Of a DNA stretch of 25,828 nucleotides, positions 16,315-24,499 are shown piece by piece. The notes under the pieces are model-generated. The model made no database searches. It saw nothing but the letters and a program-made list of their open reading frames with translations, and was not told where the DNA came from. A program made the translations under genes and the position numbers. The stretch is from a virus (Duplodnaviria > Caudoviricetes), in the IMG/VR virus record IMGVR_UViG_3300005764_001445, positions 1-25,828 of that record; one strand, given 5' to 3'. Positions within the stretch are counted from its first letter, which is position 1. Each line of letters opens with the position of its first letter.

Positions 16315-17300
16315 GCGCCGAGCTGGAACCCTACGCCCCTCCGGTCCCGGAGGAGTACCGTCCCCGGCTGGTGATGAACCCGGCGGAGGCGAAAGCGCTG
16401 GACCGGCAGCTCCGCGAGGCGATCCGCGCCGTCCTCATCGAGGGCACCGACTACGGCACCATCCCCGGCACCGGCGGCGGTCCCAGCCTCTGGCAGCCGG
16501 GCGCGGAGAAGCTGCTGCAGTTCTTCGGCTTCGGGTACGTCAATGATGTCAGGAAGACCCGGCGCGGTGATGACGGGCAGCCCGCCGGGGTCACCTACCG
16601 GTGCGTGGTGCATAAGGATTTCGCGGACGGGCGGCGCATCACCATCAGCACCTGCGACGGGTACGCCGGCTACGACGAGGACAAGTTCTACATCCCCGCC
16701 GAGAAGGCCCGCGCCAGGGCGGAGGACAAAGAGCGCGCCTTCGCCCGGAAGGACCGCCGGGCGCCGAAACCGGAGCGGTGGGAGAACGTCACGGAGTACC
16801 GGGCGCCGTGGAACACCCTCGTCAAGATGGCGCAGAAACGCGCCCTTGTCGGCGCCGTCAAGGGCGCGACCGGCGCATCCGGGATATTCGGCACCGACCT
16901 CGACCAGCCCACAGACGCCTCGCCCGCGGACGGCGTGCCCCCCGGCGCCCGTGCCGCCGCCTCTCCGGCGGCACCCGCGGGCGGGGCCCCCCCAGCCCCG
17001 GCGGTGCCACCCGGCCCGGAAACCGCCGCCGGGGCTGCCGTGCCGGGCGCCTACATCAGCCGCCGGTTCACCGAACTCGGCATCGACGACCAGGCCGACC
17101 GGCTCATCCTCGCCGCCGAGATCCTCCGCCTCGACGAGATCCCCGCCGACTCCCGGAAGCTGACCGCCCCGCAGCTCGTGAAGCTGATGACCGTCCTGTC
17201 AGCCGCCGACACCCTTGAGGAACTCCGCGACATCATCCATGAGGCAGCCGAAGAAGCCGCCGAAGCCGGCACCGATCCCCCGGAGGCCGGCGATGCATGA
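16311..17300 (+). CDS. Putative single-strand annealing/recombination protein
   Basis: EGTDYGTIPG..PSLWQPGAEKL and NTLVKMAQKRALVGAV..ATGASGIF motifs of a widespread phage SSAP-like family; Pro/Ala linker; AGGAG SD. Confidence 0.65.
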   Translation: MSAELEPYAPPVPEEYRPRLVMNPAEAKALDRQLREAIRAVLIEGTDYGTIPGTGGGPSLWQPGAEKLLQFFGFGYVNDVRKTRRGDDGQPAGVTYRCVVHKDFADGRRITISTCDGYAGYDEDKFYIPAEKARARAEDKERAFARKDRRAPKPERWENVTEYRAPWNTLVKMAQKRALVGAVKGATGASGIFGTDLDQPTDASPADGVPPGARAAASPAAPAGGAPPAPAVPPGPETAAGAAVPGAYISRRFTELGIDDQADRLILAAEILRLDEIPADSRKLTAPQLVKLMTVLSAADTLEELRDIIHEAAEEAAEAGTDPPEAGDA

Positions 17301-17616
17301 CCATGACGCTGAACTCGCCTACGCCGCCGGCACCGACCAGGCCCTCGCCTGGCTCCGCGACAAGCGCACCGCGATCGCCCGCACCGAGACCGGGCGCCTC
17401 TCTTTGCTCCTCGCCGATGCGATGGCCGCGGAGATACGCCTCCAGTTCCCCGATATCCCCACCGGGCGGATCATGCTCGCCGCCGTCAACGCCATGGACA
17501 ACGCCAGCCAGCGAATCCGCAATGCCTACGGCCGGTCCCTCCCCGCCGACACGCTCCTCGGCCTCGCCGCCCTCGCCGCCGAGCAGCTCACCCGCGAAGA
17601 CCAGGACATCCCGTGA
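17293..17616 (+). CDS. Hypothetical protein
   Basis: GGAGG SD before ATG 17293; overlaps both neighbours. Confidence 0.6.
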   Translation: MHDHDAELAYAAGTDQALAWLRDKRTAIARTETGRLSLLLADAMAAEIRLQFPDIPTGRIMLAAVNAMDNASQRIRNAYGRSLPADTLLGLAALAAEQLTREDQDIP

Positions 17617-17804
17617 CCGGCATGTGGGGCGTGCGCCTCGCCTGCGGCCATGAGGGCACCTGCAACAGCGAACCGCGGACCGGAAGCTGGCTGTCCTGCT
17701 GGTCGGTGGTGCCTGCAGGACGACCCCACTGCCAGACCCCCCGCAAAGTCACCGGAACATGGCAGATAGCACTTTTCGGGGGTGAGCCGTGGGTAAGCCG
17801 CTGA
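17613..17804 (+). CDS. Small Cys-containing hypothetical protein
   Basis: GTGA overlap; LACGH...C...C pattern. Confidence 0.5.
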   Translation: MTGMWGVRLACGHEGTCNSEPRTGSWLSCWSVVPAGRPHCQTPRKVTGTWQIALFGGEPWVSR

Positions 17805-17902
17805 TTACCCTGACCGCCGCGGCTGCGTGCCGTCATCCCGGCTGCGCCTCCCACCACCGCACCGCCAGCCATGTCGTCAGCTCCCGGACGGTGCCCGGAT
17901 GA
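17789..17902 (+). CDS. Hypothetical 37-aa protein (not in ORF track)
   Basis: GGGGGTGA SD, GTG start, ends in ATGA overlap with the methyltransferase start. Confidence 0.35.
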   Translation: MGKPLITLTAAAACRHPGCASHHRTASHVVSSRTVPG

Positions 17903-19242
17903 GCGGCCGGACGATCATCATCCGCGGCGACGCCGGCCGCCTCCCCCTCCCCGCCGGCAGCGCGGACCTCATCGTCACATCACCGCCGTACTTCGGGCTC
18001 CGCTCCTACACCGACGGCGGCGAGCACTATGACGGGCAGATCGGCAGCGAACCCAGCCCCGCCGCCTACCTCGAGGCGCTGTGGGCGTGCACCGCTGAGT
18101 GGATGCGGGTGCTGAAACCGGAGGGGTCCCTCTTCATCAACCTCGGCGACAAATATGCAGGCAACCAGCCCCGGACGCGGTGGCACGCCTCAAGACCCGA
18201 ACGCCAGGAAACTGTCAGAGATAACGGCCAGTCTGCTGCCGCATCGGGCAAGTTCAGCTTCCGCGAGCACCCTGATAAGTCGCTGCTCGGCCTGCCGTGG
18301 CGGTATGCCCTCGGCTGCATGGACCGGCTGGGCCTGATCCTCCGCGCCGAGATCATCTGGGACAAGCCCAACGGCCTCCCCGAATCCGTCACCGACCGGG
18401 TACGCCGCTCCCACGAGCAGGTCTTCCACTTCACCCGCCAGCCCCGCTACTACGCCGCCGTCGATGAGATACGCGAGGCGCATGTCCGCAGCTGGGGCGG
18501 CAGCCCGAACGGCGGTCACACCTACGGCATGATGAAGGCTCCCGGCGAAAAGGACGCCAACCTCCCGGTCGCACTCCCGAACCCGCTCGGAAAGCTGCCG
18601 AGGTCCGTGTGGGCGATACCCTCCGCCCCGCTCACCGTCCCCCCGCATCTCGGCGTCGACCACTTCGCCGCCTACCCCCCCGAACTCGTGCGCCGCATCA
18701 TCCTCGGCTGGTCGCCCCCCGCCGTGTGCACCGCCTGCGGGCAGGGACGACGGCCGGTAACCAAAGTCTCTTACGAATTGCGGCAGAGGACCAATAACGC
18801 TTACAAGTGGAGCGGAGACGAGTACGCCGATGGCACAGGTTTGTCTGCACATAACTCGATCATCGGCTCTGCTGGCGGCCGCGCCTGGAGAAACGCCACT
18901 ATCACCGGTTATGCCTGCGCCTGCACCCCGCACACCGACCATCCCGGCACCGGCGAGCGTGATGCAGGTGATCAATATCACCTGGACGGCTGGACACCGC
19001 CGCCCGCCCGCCCGGCGGTGGTGGTTGACCCGTTCGGCGGAACAGGGACGGCAGCCCTCGTCGCCGCCGCATACGGCCGGGTAGGCGTCACCATCGACCT
19101 GTCGCATGATTACTGCCGCCTCGCCCGCTGGCGCACCCGCGATCCCGGGGAGCGCGCCCGCGCCATGCAGGTACCGAAGCCGCCGCCCGTCCCCAGCGGG
19201 CAGGAAGCGCTATTCAGCACTGAGGAACTGTCCGCTAGCTAG
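17899..19242 (+). CDS. Amino-DNA methyltransferase (N4-C/N6-A, beta order) with Zn-ribbon insertion
   Basis: DLIVTSPPY, RVLKPEGSLFINLGD, IIWDKPN, HFAAYP, VVDPFGGTGT; CTACG...CAC insert. Confidence 0.92.
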   Translation: MSGRTIIIRGDAGRLPLPAGSADLIVTSPPYFGLRSYTDGGEHYDGQIGSEPSPAAYLEALWACTAEWMRVLKPEGSLFINLGDKYAGNQPRTRWHASRPERQETVRDNGQSAAASGKFSFREHPDKSLLGLPWRYALGCMDRLGLILRAEIIWDKPNGLPESVTDRVRRSHEQVFHFTRQPRYYAAVDEIREAHVRSWGGSPNGGHTYGMMKAPGEKDANLPVALPNPLGKLPRSVWAIPSAPLTVPPHLGVDHFAAYPPELVRRIILGWSPPAVCTACGQGRRPVTKVSYELRQRTNNAYKWSGDEYADGTGLSAHNSIIGSAGGRAWRNATITGYACACTPHTDHPGTGERDAGDQYHLDGWTPPPARPAVVVDPFGGTGTAALVAAAYGRVGVTIDLSHDYCRLARWRTRDPGERARAMQVPKPPPVPSGQEALFSTEELSAS

Positions 19243-19263
19243 AGGAGAGACAAGGACATTGCG

Positions 19264-19638
19264 TTGGCACGGAACGGCTGGAAGTGGATCAAGGTCGACG
19301 TGCTCCTCCCCGAGCACCCGAAGACCATCGCGCTGTCCGACAAGGCATTCCGCACCCTCCTCGAGCTGTGGTGCTGGTGCAAGCTCAACCGCACCGACGG
19401 CTACGTCCGCGACGCCAAGTGGCGCACATTCGGGACGCCCAGGGCCCGCGCCGAGCTGCTCCGCGCCCCGGACGGCTGCGAGCACGGGTTCGCCGAGCAG
19501 GTACCCGGCGGCTACATGATGCACGACTACACCGGCGACCCGAACGGGCACCAGGTATCCACCGGCGAGACAGACGAGCTGTCACGCAAGCGCGCCGACT
19601 CCGGGCGCCGCGGAGCCGAGCAGAGATGGGGGGCGTAG
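19264..19638 (+). CDS. Replication initiator-like protein, N-terminal domain only
   Basis: WIKVDVLLPEHPK...LSDKAFR...LWCWC....TDG, GYMMHDY, KRADSGRRGAEQRW: pattern of actinophage replisome-organiser N-termini. Confidence 0.72.
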   Translation: MARNGWKWIKVDVLLPEHPKTIALSDKAFRTLLELWCWCKLNRTDGYVRDAKWRTFGTPRARAELLRAPDGCEHGFAEQVPGGYMMHDYTGDPNGHQVSTGETDELSRKRADSGRRGAEQRWGA

Positions 19639-20328
19639 ATGACATACCGGCTGCTTGACCTGTTCTGCGGCGCAGGCGGTGCCGCGATGGGCTACCACCG
19701 CGCCGGATTCGAGGTGGTCGGCGTCGACGTCAAGCCCCAGCCACGGTACCCGTTCACGTTCATTCAGGCCGACGCGGTTGAAATCTTGAAGGACGATTCG
19801 TGCTGGCAGTGTCTTGGGATCTGGCCCGTTGACGCCATCCACGCCAGCCCGCCATGCCAGGCCAAGTCGAAGATGACGAACTGCCGCCCCGGACTGGCGG
19901 GCGAATATCCCGACTTGATCGAGCCGGTATGCAAGCGCCTGACCGCGTGGGGCGGCCCATGGATTATTGAGAACGTCGACGGTGCCGGGCTTCCCGGGCA
20001 AGACGACCTGTTCGGCGCTCATGGCGTGATGCTCTGCGGGGCCATGTTCGGCCGCGCCCTGTACCGGCACCGCTGGTTTCAGGGCAGCTTCCCGCTACAT
20101 GCGCCGAACCATCCCCGGCATCTGCGGCCCGCGTCAAGAGCCGGCCACTGGCGACCCGGAACGGTCATCTCTGTTGAGGGCAACTGCTCACCCGTCGCGC
20201 TTGCCCGCCAGGTCATGGAGGTCAGCTGGACGACCCGAGACGAACTCGCCGAATCAATCCCGCCGTACTTCACCGAGTACATCGGCCGGCAGCTAATCGA
20301 CCGCCTCAACGCCAGGGAGGCAGCCTGA
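19639..20328 (+). CDS. C5-cytosine DNA methyltransferase (short phage type)
   Basis: LLDLFCGAGG (motif I), HASPPCQ (IV), IIENV (VI), RHRWF, ESIPPYFTEYIG. Confidence 0.9.
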   Translation: MTYRLLDLFCGAGGAAMGYHRAGFEVVGVDVKPQPRYPFTFIQADAVEILKDDSCWQCLGIWPVDAIHASPPCQAKSKMTNCRPGLAGEYPDLIEPVCKRLTAWGGPWIIENVDGAGLPGQDDLFGAHGVMLCGAMFGRALYRHRWFQGSFPLHAPNHPRHLRPASRAGHWRPGTVISVEGNCSPVALARQVMEVSWTTRDELAESIPPYFTEYIGRQLIDRLNAREAA

Positions 20329-20329
20329 A

Positions 20330-20437
20330 CCTATAGCACTTGCCATAGCAAACGCCATAGCACTTGCCATCACCCTAGCCATAGCAAACGCCATGGCAAA
20401 CCCGATGGCAAACCGCATGGCAAACCCGATGGCAGAG
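20330..20437 (+). repeat. Nine tandem imperfect 12-bp repeats (consensus about GCCATRGCAAAC); putative origin iterons
   Basis: cctatagcactt gccatagcaaac gccatagcactt gccatcacccta gccatagcaaac gccatggcaaac ccgatggcaaac cgcatggcaaac ccgatggcagag; AT-richer tract follows to about 20585. Confidence 0.85.
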
Positions 20438-20586
20438 AGAGAACAAGATCAAAACCCTCACCGGTACAGGAACGGTGCAAGCTACTGTCACCTGTTAGAT
20501 AAAACCGGTTTGATCTAACAGTAACCGTAATAGCGCGAACTGCTGAAAACAGAATTTGAAATTGTCAGAAAGGCGGTGAAAAGCGA

Positions 20587-20928
20587 ATGCCAGCATATTG
20601 CTTCGGCTGCGGCACTGAGGGATATATCGAATCCGAATGCCCCTATTGCTCTCGCGGCGTTTCCGGTGCCAAGCCGCCGCCCTGCGGCCAGTGCGACCCC
20701 AGGACCCGCCTCATCGCCCTGAACCGGGACTTCACCAGCATCCAGCGCTGCCCCAGGTGCCACCCGTCGGCCCGCAAGCCGCTCGCCCAGCACCGCCGCT
20801 GCAATGGCTGCCACATGATCGTCTACCAGTGGGATAACGAACCCTGCAGCTCGCATTTGTCGCCAGCCGCACCCGATAAACGGCTTCCCATTGAGCGGAT
20901 ACGGGAAATAACAGGGAGCAATTCATGA
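20587..20928 (+). CDS. Multi-CxxC Zn-binding protein
   Basis: CFGC, CPYC, CGQCD..TRL..RCPRCHP, CNGC; AAGGCGGTGA SD. Confidence 0.7.
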   Translation: MPAYCFGCGTEGYIESECPYCSRGVSGAKPPPCGQCDPRTRLIALNRDFTSIQRCPRCHPSARKPLAQHRRCNGCHMIVYQWDNEPCSSHLSPAAPDKRLPIERIREITGSNS

Positions 20929-21056
20929 CCGACCGGAACGCCGCCGAGCAGATGGCAGACCTCGCCCTCGACGCCGCCGCGCAGCTCGTAACCTACGCCA
21001 ACCAGCTCCGCAAAACCGTCGCCGCTGGCAGCGAAACGGAGGCGGAAACAGCATGA
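20925..21056 (+). CDS. Hypothetical 43-aa protein (not in ORF track)
   Basis: MTDRNAAEQMADLALDAAAQLVTYANQLRKTVAAGSETEAETA; GGGAG SD; ATGA overlaps at both ends. Confidence 0.6.
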   Translation: MTDRNAAEQMADLALDAAAQLVTYANQLRKTVAAGSETEAETA

Positions 21057-21343
21057 CGCAGCCCATCGAACTCGCCGCAGAGCAAGCCCTCCGCGGCCCC
21101 CGTGACACCCCTCCCGACGGTGCGATCACAGCCATGCACCACGACCTCGGCGCGGTCGGCGCTACCCTCTCGCAGCTCTACAACTTCACCGGCGAGCTCG
21201 CCGCCGACACCGACTTCACCCGCCTACTCGACACCGCCCTCGAAGCCCACCGCCACGGCATCCCCCCCGCCAGCTACCAGGCCGCCGCCGACGTCCTCCA
21301 CGCCGCCATCCGCCGCACCCAGCCCCCGCAAGTGATGCCATGA
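21053..21343 (+). CDS. Hypothetical protein
   Basis: GGAGG SD; ATGA coupling. Confidence 0.6.
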   Translation: MTQPIELAAEQALRGPRDTPPDGAITAMHHDLGAVGATLSQLYNFTGELAADTDFTRLLDTALEAHRHGIPPASYQAAADVLHAAIRRTQPPQVMP

Positions 21344-22008
21344 CCGGCTGCGCCGCGCCCCGCCACGGGGACGACCCGCCCCCCGCCGCACCATCCGCCC
21401 ACCTGTGTACCTCGTGTCTCACCCGGCTCCGCGGCACCATCAGCATCCTCCCCCACCTGCACGGGCTGCTCGGCGAGCTCCTCGAGCTGTCCGCCGCCAC
21501 CCGCGGCGGCCCCGGCGACGGACTGCACTACAACGAGCCCGCCGCCGAATGCCGCTCCCAGATCGAGCGGGACATCATCTGGTGGTTCCGCGAGCTCGCA
21601 ACCATCCGGGGCACCATGACGCAGCACCCCAGCTGCCGCACCGAGCAGGTACTCAGCCCCGGCGAGCTGACCATCTGGTGCGGCTGGCTGCGCCGGCAGC
21701 TGACCGGATGGGCGCAGTACCGCCCGTTCACCATCCCCCTCGCCGAAACCATCAACAGCGACCGCTCCCGCGCGATGGCGATCCTCGACCCCCGCCCCGC
21801 CGCCCAGCTCACCATCCCCGCTGACCGCAACTGGTGCCCCCAATGCGAAACACCCGGCCGGCTGTCCGCCATCGTGTTCCAGGCCCTCGACGACAAGCGC
21901 CCCTCCCTCGTCACCTGCGCCGCCTGCCGCTACGAATGGACCCCCGCCATGTGGCTCCGCCTCGGCCACCACATCCTCCGATGGGCACAACGGGGGAAGG
22001 CCGCCTAG
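21340..22008 (+). CDS. Zn-ribbon protein, possible late transcription regulator
   Basis: LCTSC..RLR..I..LP.L; CPQC...L...VTCAAC..EW..W.RLG; located at the end of the early region. Confidence 0.6.
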   Translation: MTGCAAPRHGDDPPPAAPSAHLCTSCLTRLRGTISILPHLHGLLGELLELSAATRGGPGDGLHYNEPAAECRSQIERDIIWWFRELATIRGTMTQHPSCRTEQVLSPGELTIWCGWLRRQLTGWAQYRPFTIPLAETINSDRSRAMAILDPRPAAQLTIPADRNWCPQCETPGRLSAIVFQALDDKRPSLVTCAACRYEWTPAMWLRLGHHILRWAQRGKAA

Positions 22009-22012
22009 CATC

Positions 22013-22273
22013 ATGCCCTTCGACCCCGCCAAATGCGGCACCTACAAGGGTGTCAGCCAGCACAACTACTACGGCACCCCCATGTGCGGCCAGTGCCGGG
22101 AAGCCGGCCGCCAGTACATGGCCGCCTACCGCGCCGGCCGCACCAGCGCCCGCGCCCGCGACAACTGGCTGAGGAAAACCCGCGGCCAGGCGATGGAACA
22201 GCTCGCCGCTGAGCACCCCGACAGCTTCGCCCGCATCCTCGCCCGCATCCGGGACACCACGCCCCGCCCATGA
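22013..22273 (+). CDS. Small Zn-binding protein
   Basis: CGTYKGVSQH...G..MCGQCREA motif. Confidence 0.65.
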   Translation: MPFDPAKCGTYKGVSQHNYYGTPMCGQCREAGRQYMAAYRAGRTSARARDNWLRKTRGQAMEQLAAEHPDSFARILARIRDTTPRP

Positions 22274-22482
22274 CGCGAACGCCGTACCTCACCATCGCGG
22301 ACATCGCGAAGATCTACGGCATCAAGCCCAGAACCATCCGCGGATGGGCCTCACACGACCGCTGGCGGCATACCAGCGGCCGCCCCGTCAGATACCACCT
22401 CGGCGACGCGCAGGCCACCTACGAGCGGCTCCGCGTCAACCGCGCCAGACACCACCTCACCATGCGGTACGGCAGTCCTTGA
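22270..22482 (+). CDS. MerR/excisionase-like HTH DNA-binding protein
   Basis: YLTIADIAKIYGIKPRTIRGWASHDRW....RPVRY. Confidence 0.7.
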   Translation: MTRTPYLTIADIAKIYGIKPRTIRGWASHDRWRHTSGRPVRYHLGDAQATYERLRVNRARHHLTMRYGSP

Positions 22483-22489
22483 CTTGCAC

Positions 22490-22521
22490 TTGACAACTCT
22501 GCCACCATCAGCGCATACAGT
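22490..22521 (+). promoter_or_regulatory. Putative late promoter with long spacer
   Basis: TTGACA (22490)-20 nt-TACAGT (22516), upstream of packaging genes. Confidence 0.5.
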
Positions 22522-22575
22522 AGCCCGACGTGTCCCCAGAAGGCGGCCGGACTTCCCCATCCCTAGGATCCATCC

Positions 22576-22794
22576 ATGCCTGGTGAGCAGAGCCGCAACC
22601 TGCTCTCGCCATTCCCGGAAGGATGCCCGGAGATGACCATGCCCGCTAGCGAAGTGACCGTCAAAATCAGCGACGGTGAAGCTTGGACGTCGGCAATTAT
22701 CCCGCGCGGCGTGCTAGAAAACCCGGGCTTCGACATGCCGGGAATGCTGAGATTCCTCGACGAGGCGCTGCGCCAGGTACACGAGGCGGCATGA
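22576..22794 (+). CDS. Hypothetical protein (start uncertain)
   Basis: ATGA-coupled to HNH gene. Confidence 0.5.
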   Translation: MPGEQSRNLLSPFPEGCPEMTMPASEVTVKISDGEAWTSAIIPRGVLENPGFDMPGMLRFLDEALRQVHEAA

Positions 22795-23165
22795 TGGCAC
22801 GCAAACGCTGGACAGGCACCACGAAGGAACGCGGCTACGGGCACGGCCACCAGGCCGAGCGTGAGCGCCGCATAATGCTGTACCGGCCCGGTGACATATG
22901 CGCGCACGGCGGCGAGCCCATGCCCTGGTGGCCGCTTAATGTCGCACGCCAGTATCTTGTCCTGCCGCACACCGCTGACCGCAGCGGCTACCTGCCCGGC
23001 CTGTCGTGCTGGTACCACAACGCCAGGGACGGAGCCATCCGCGGCAACCAGATGCGCGGCCTGGTGCGCAGCTGGGCACGAGCACGCCGCTGGTTAGCAG
23101 CAGCAACTGTTAGCAATTGCGAACGGTTCGCTATAGCAGAAACCGACGGTCATCACTCTCAGTGA
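22791..23165 (+). CDS. Packaging-associated HNH-like endonuclease (atypical)
   Basis: TTKERGYGHGHQAER, C...G.PM, H..DRSGY, N...GAIRGN; directly upstream of terS; GAGG SD before ATG 22791. Confidence 0.7.
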   Translation: MMARKRWTGTTKERGYGHGHQAERERRIMLYRPGDICAHGGEPMPWWPLNVARQYLVLPHTADRSGYLPGLSCWYHNARDGAIRGNQMRGLVRSWARARRWLAAATVSNCERFAIAETDGHHSQ

Positions 23166-23168
23166 CCT

Positions 23169-23196
23169 CGGCTCCGGCCCTCCGGCTCCGGCCCTC
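23169..23196 (+). repeat. Tandem 14-bp direct repeat in the expected genome-end region
   Basis: CGGCTCCGGCCCTC x2. Confidence 0.7.
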
Positions 23197-23349
23197 CGCT
23201 GCCCACCCCGGGGGAGTGCCAGGATGGTCGCGTTTCCGCAGGTCAGAGGGATCGCAACGGCAAACCGGGCATACCGGACGACTCCGCAGCCTTCGCATAT
23301 TTTCGCGCCTCAAAATTCGGGCATTCCGGACAAGGGAAGGTGACCCTCC

Positions 23350-23616
23350 GTGACCACCCCGCGGCCTGGGAGCGTGGAGCGCGCTGTCCGCTCGGAGCTG
23401 CGCCGGATGCGCTGCTCAGTGCAGGCCGACGGCTCCGCGGCCCTGGCGGTGTCGCTGGCGCGTCATATCGATTCAACCCGCGGCGCGGTCGCCGCAGCAG
23501 CCGCAGCGGCCCAGCTGCGGCTGCTGCTGGCTGATCTGCGTGCCGTGGCGGCTTCCAGGCCGGCGCTGGACGGGATTGATGAGCTCCGCGCTCGCCGGGT
23601 CCGCGCTGCTGGGTGA
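23350..23616 (+). CDS. terS: Terminase small subunit
   Basis: 88-aa helical protein, LARHID..., C-terminal IDELRARR typical of actinophage TerS; overlaps terL. Confidence 0.8.
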   Translation: MTTPRPGSVERAVRSELRRMRCSVQADGSAALAVSLARHIDSTRGAVAAAAAAAQLRLLLADLRAVAASRPALDGIDELRARRVRAAG

Positions 23617-24499
23617 CCAGCAGCCGCGATTGCGGTCGGTTCCTCCCTCGGGAGGGTCGGAGGGCCGCAATGCGGCCGACCTGGCGGCCCTCGCCGGGCT
23701 GGAACTCGACCCGTGGCAGGCGCAGGTGCTCGAGGACGGCCTCGGCCGCCGCGGCCCGCGGTGGGCGGCATTCGAGGTCGCGCTGATCGTGGCGCGGCAG
23801 AACGGGAAGGGCGCGATTCTGGAGGCGCTGGAGCTGGCGGCGCTGTTCCTGTTCGACGATGTGCGGCTGATATTGCATTCGGCGCATGAGTTCAAGACGG
23901 CGGCGGAGGCGTTCCTGCGGATCCGGCACCTGATCGAGGATGCGCCGCAGTTCGCGCGGCGGGTGGAGCGGATCCGGACGGCGGCCGGCGCCGAGTCGAT
24001 CGAGCTGAAGGACGGGAAGCGGCTCCGGTTCGTCGCCCGCTCATCCGGGAGCGGCCGGGGTTTCACGTCCGACCTGGTGATTCTTGATGAGGCGTACAAG
24101 CTGGGTGACCAGGAGATGGCCGCCTTGCTGCCTACCCTGTCGGCGCGGCCGGATCCGCAGGTGTGGTACACCTCCACGGCCGGGAACCCGGATTCGATTC
24201 AGCTCGGGCGGGTGCGGAAGCGGGGCCTGGCGGGCAGTGACCCGTCGCTGGCGTTCCTCGAATGGTCCGCCGATGACGGTGACGACCCGGGGGACCGGCA
24301 GGTGTGGGCGAAAGCGAACCCGGGCCTGGGCATCCGGATCGCGGAGGACTACATCGAGCGTGAGCAGGCCGCTCTCGGCCCGGATGCGTTCGCCAGGGAG
24401 CGGCTGAGCATCGGGTCGTACCCGTCGGATGGCGGGAACTGGAACGTGATCAGCGCCGGCGCGTGGGATGCCGCCGCATCGCGGGGCGGCCGGCTGTGA
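23579..24499 (+). CDS. terL: Terminase large subunit, ATPase domain
   Basis: LDPWQ, VARQNGKG (Walker A), HSAHEFKTA, ARSSGSGRGF, LVILDEA (Walker B), YTSTAG, WAKANPGLG, FARERL. Confidence 0.92.
   Translation: MSSALAGSALLGDQQPRLRSVPPSGGSEGRNAADLAALAGLELDPWQAQVLEDGLGRRGPRWAAFEVALIVARQNGKGAILEALELAALFLFDDVRLILHSAHEFKTAAEAFLRIRHLIEDAPQFARRVERIRTAAGAESIELKDGKRLRFVARSSGSGRGFTSDLVILDEAYKLGDQEMAALLPTLSARPDPQVWYTSTAGNPDSIQLGRVRKRGLAGSDPSLAFLEWSADDGDDPGDRQVWAKANPGLGIRIAEDYIEREQAALGPDAFARERLSIGSYPSDGGNWNVISAGAWDAAASRGGRL

Noticed and set aside
17899-20328. Restriction-modification defence system
   Set aside because: No restriction endonuclease or specificity subunit recognised; orphan phage MTases are common
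20330-20437. CRISPR-like array
   Set aside because: Contiguous 12-bp units with no spacers and no cas genes
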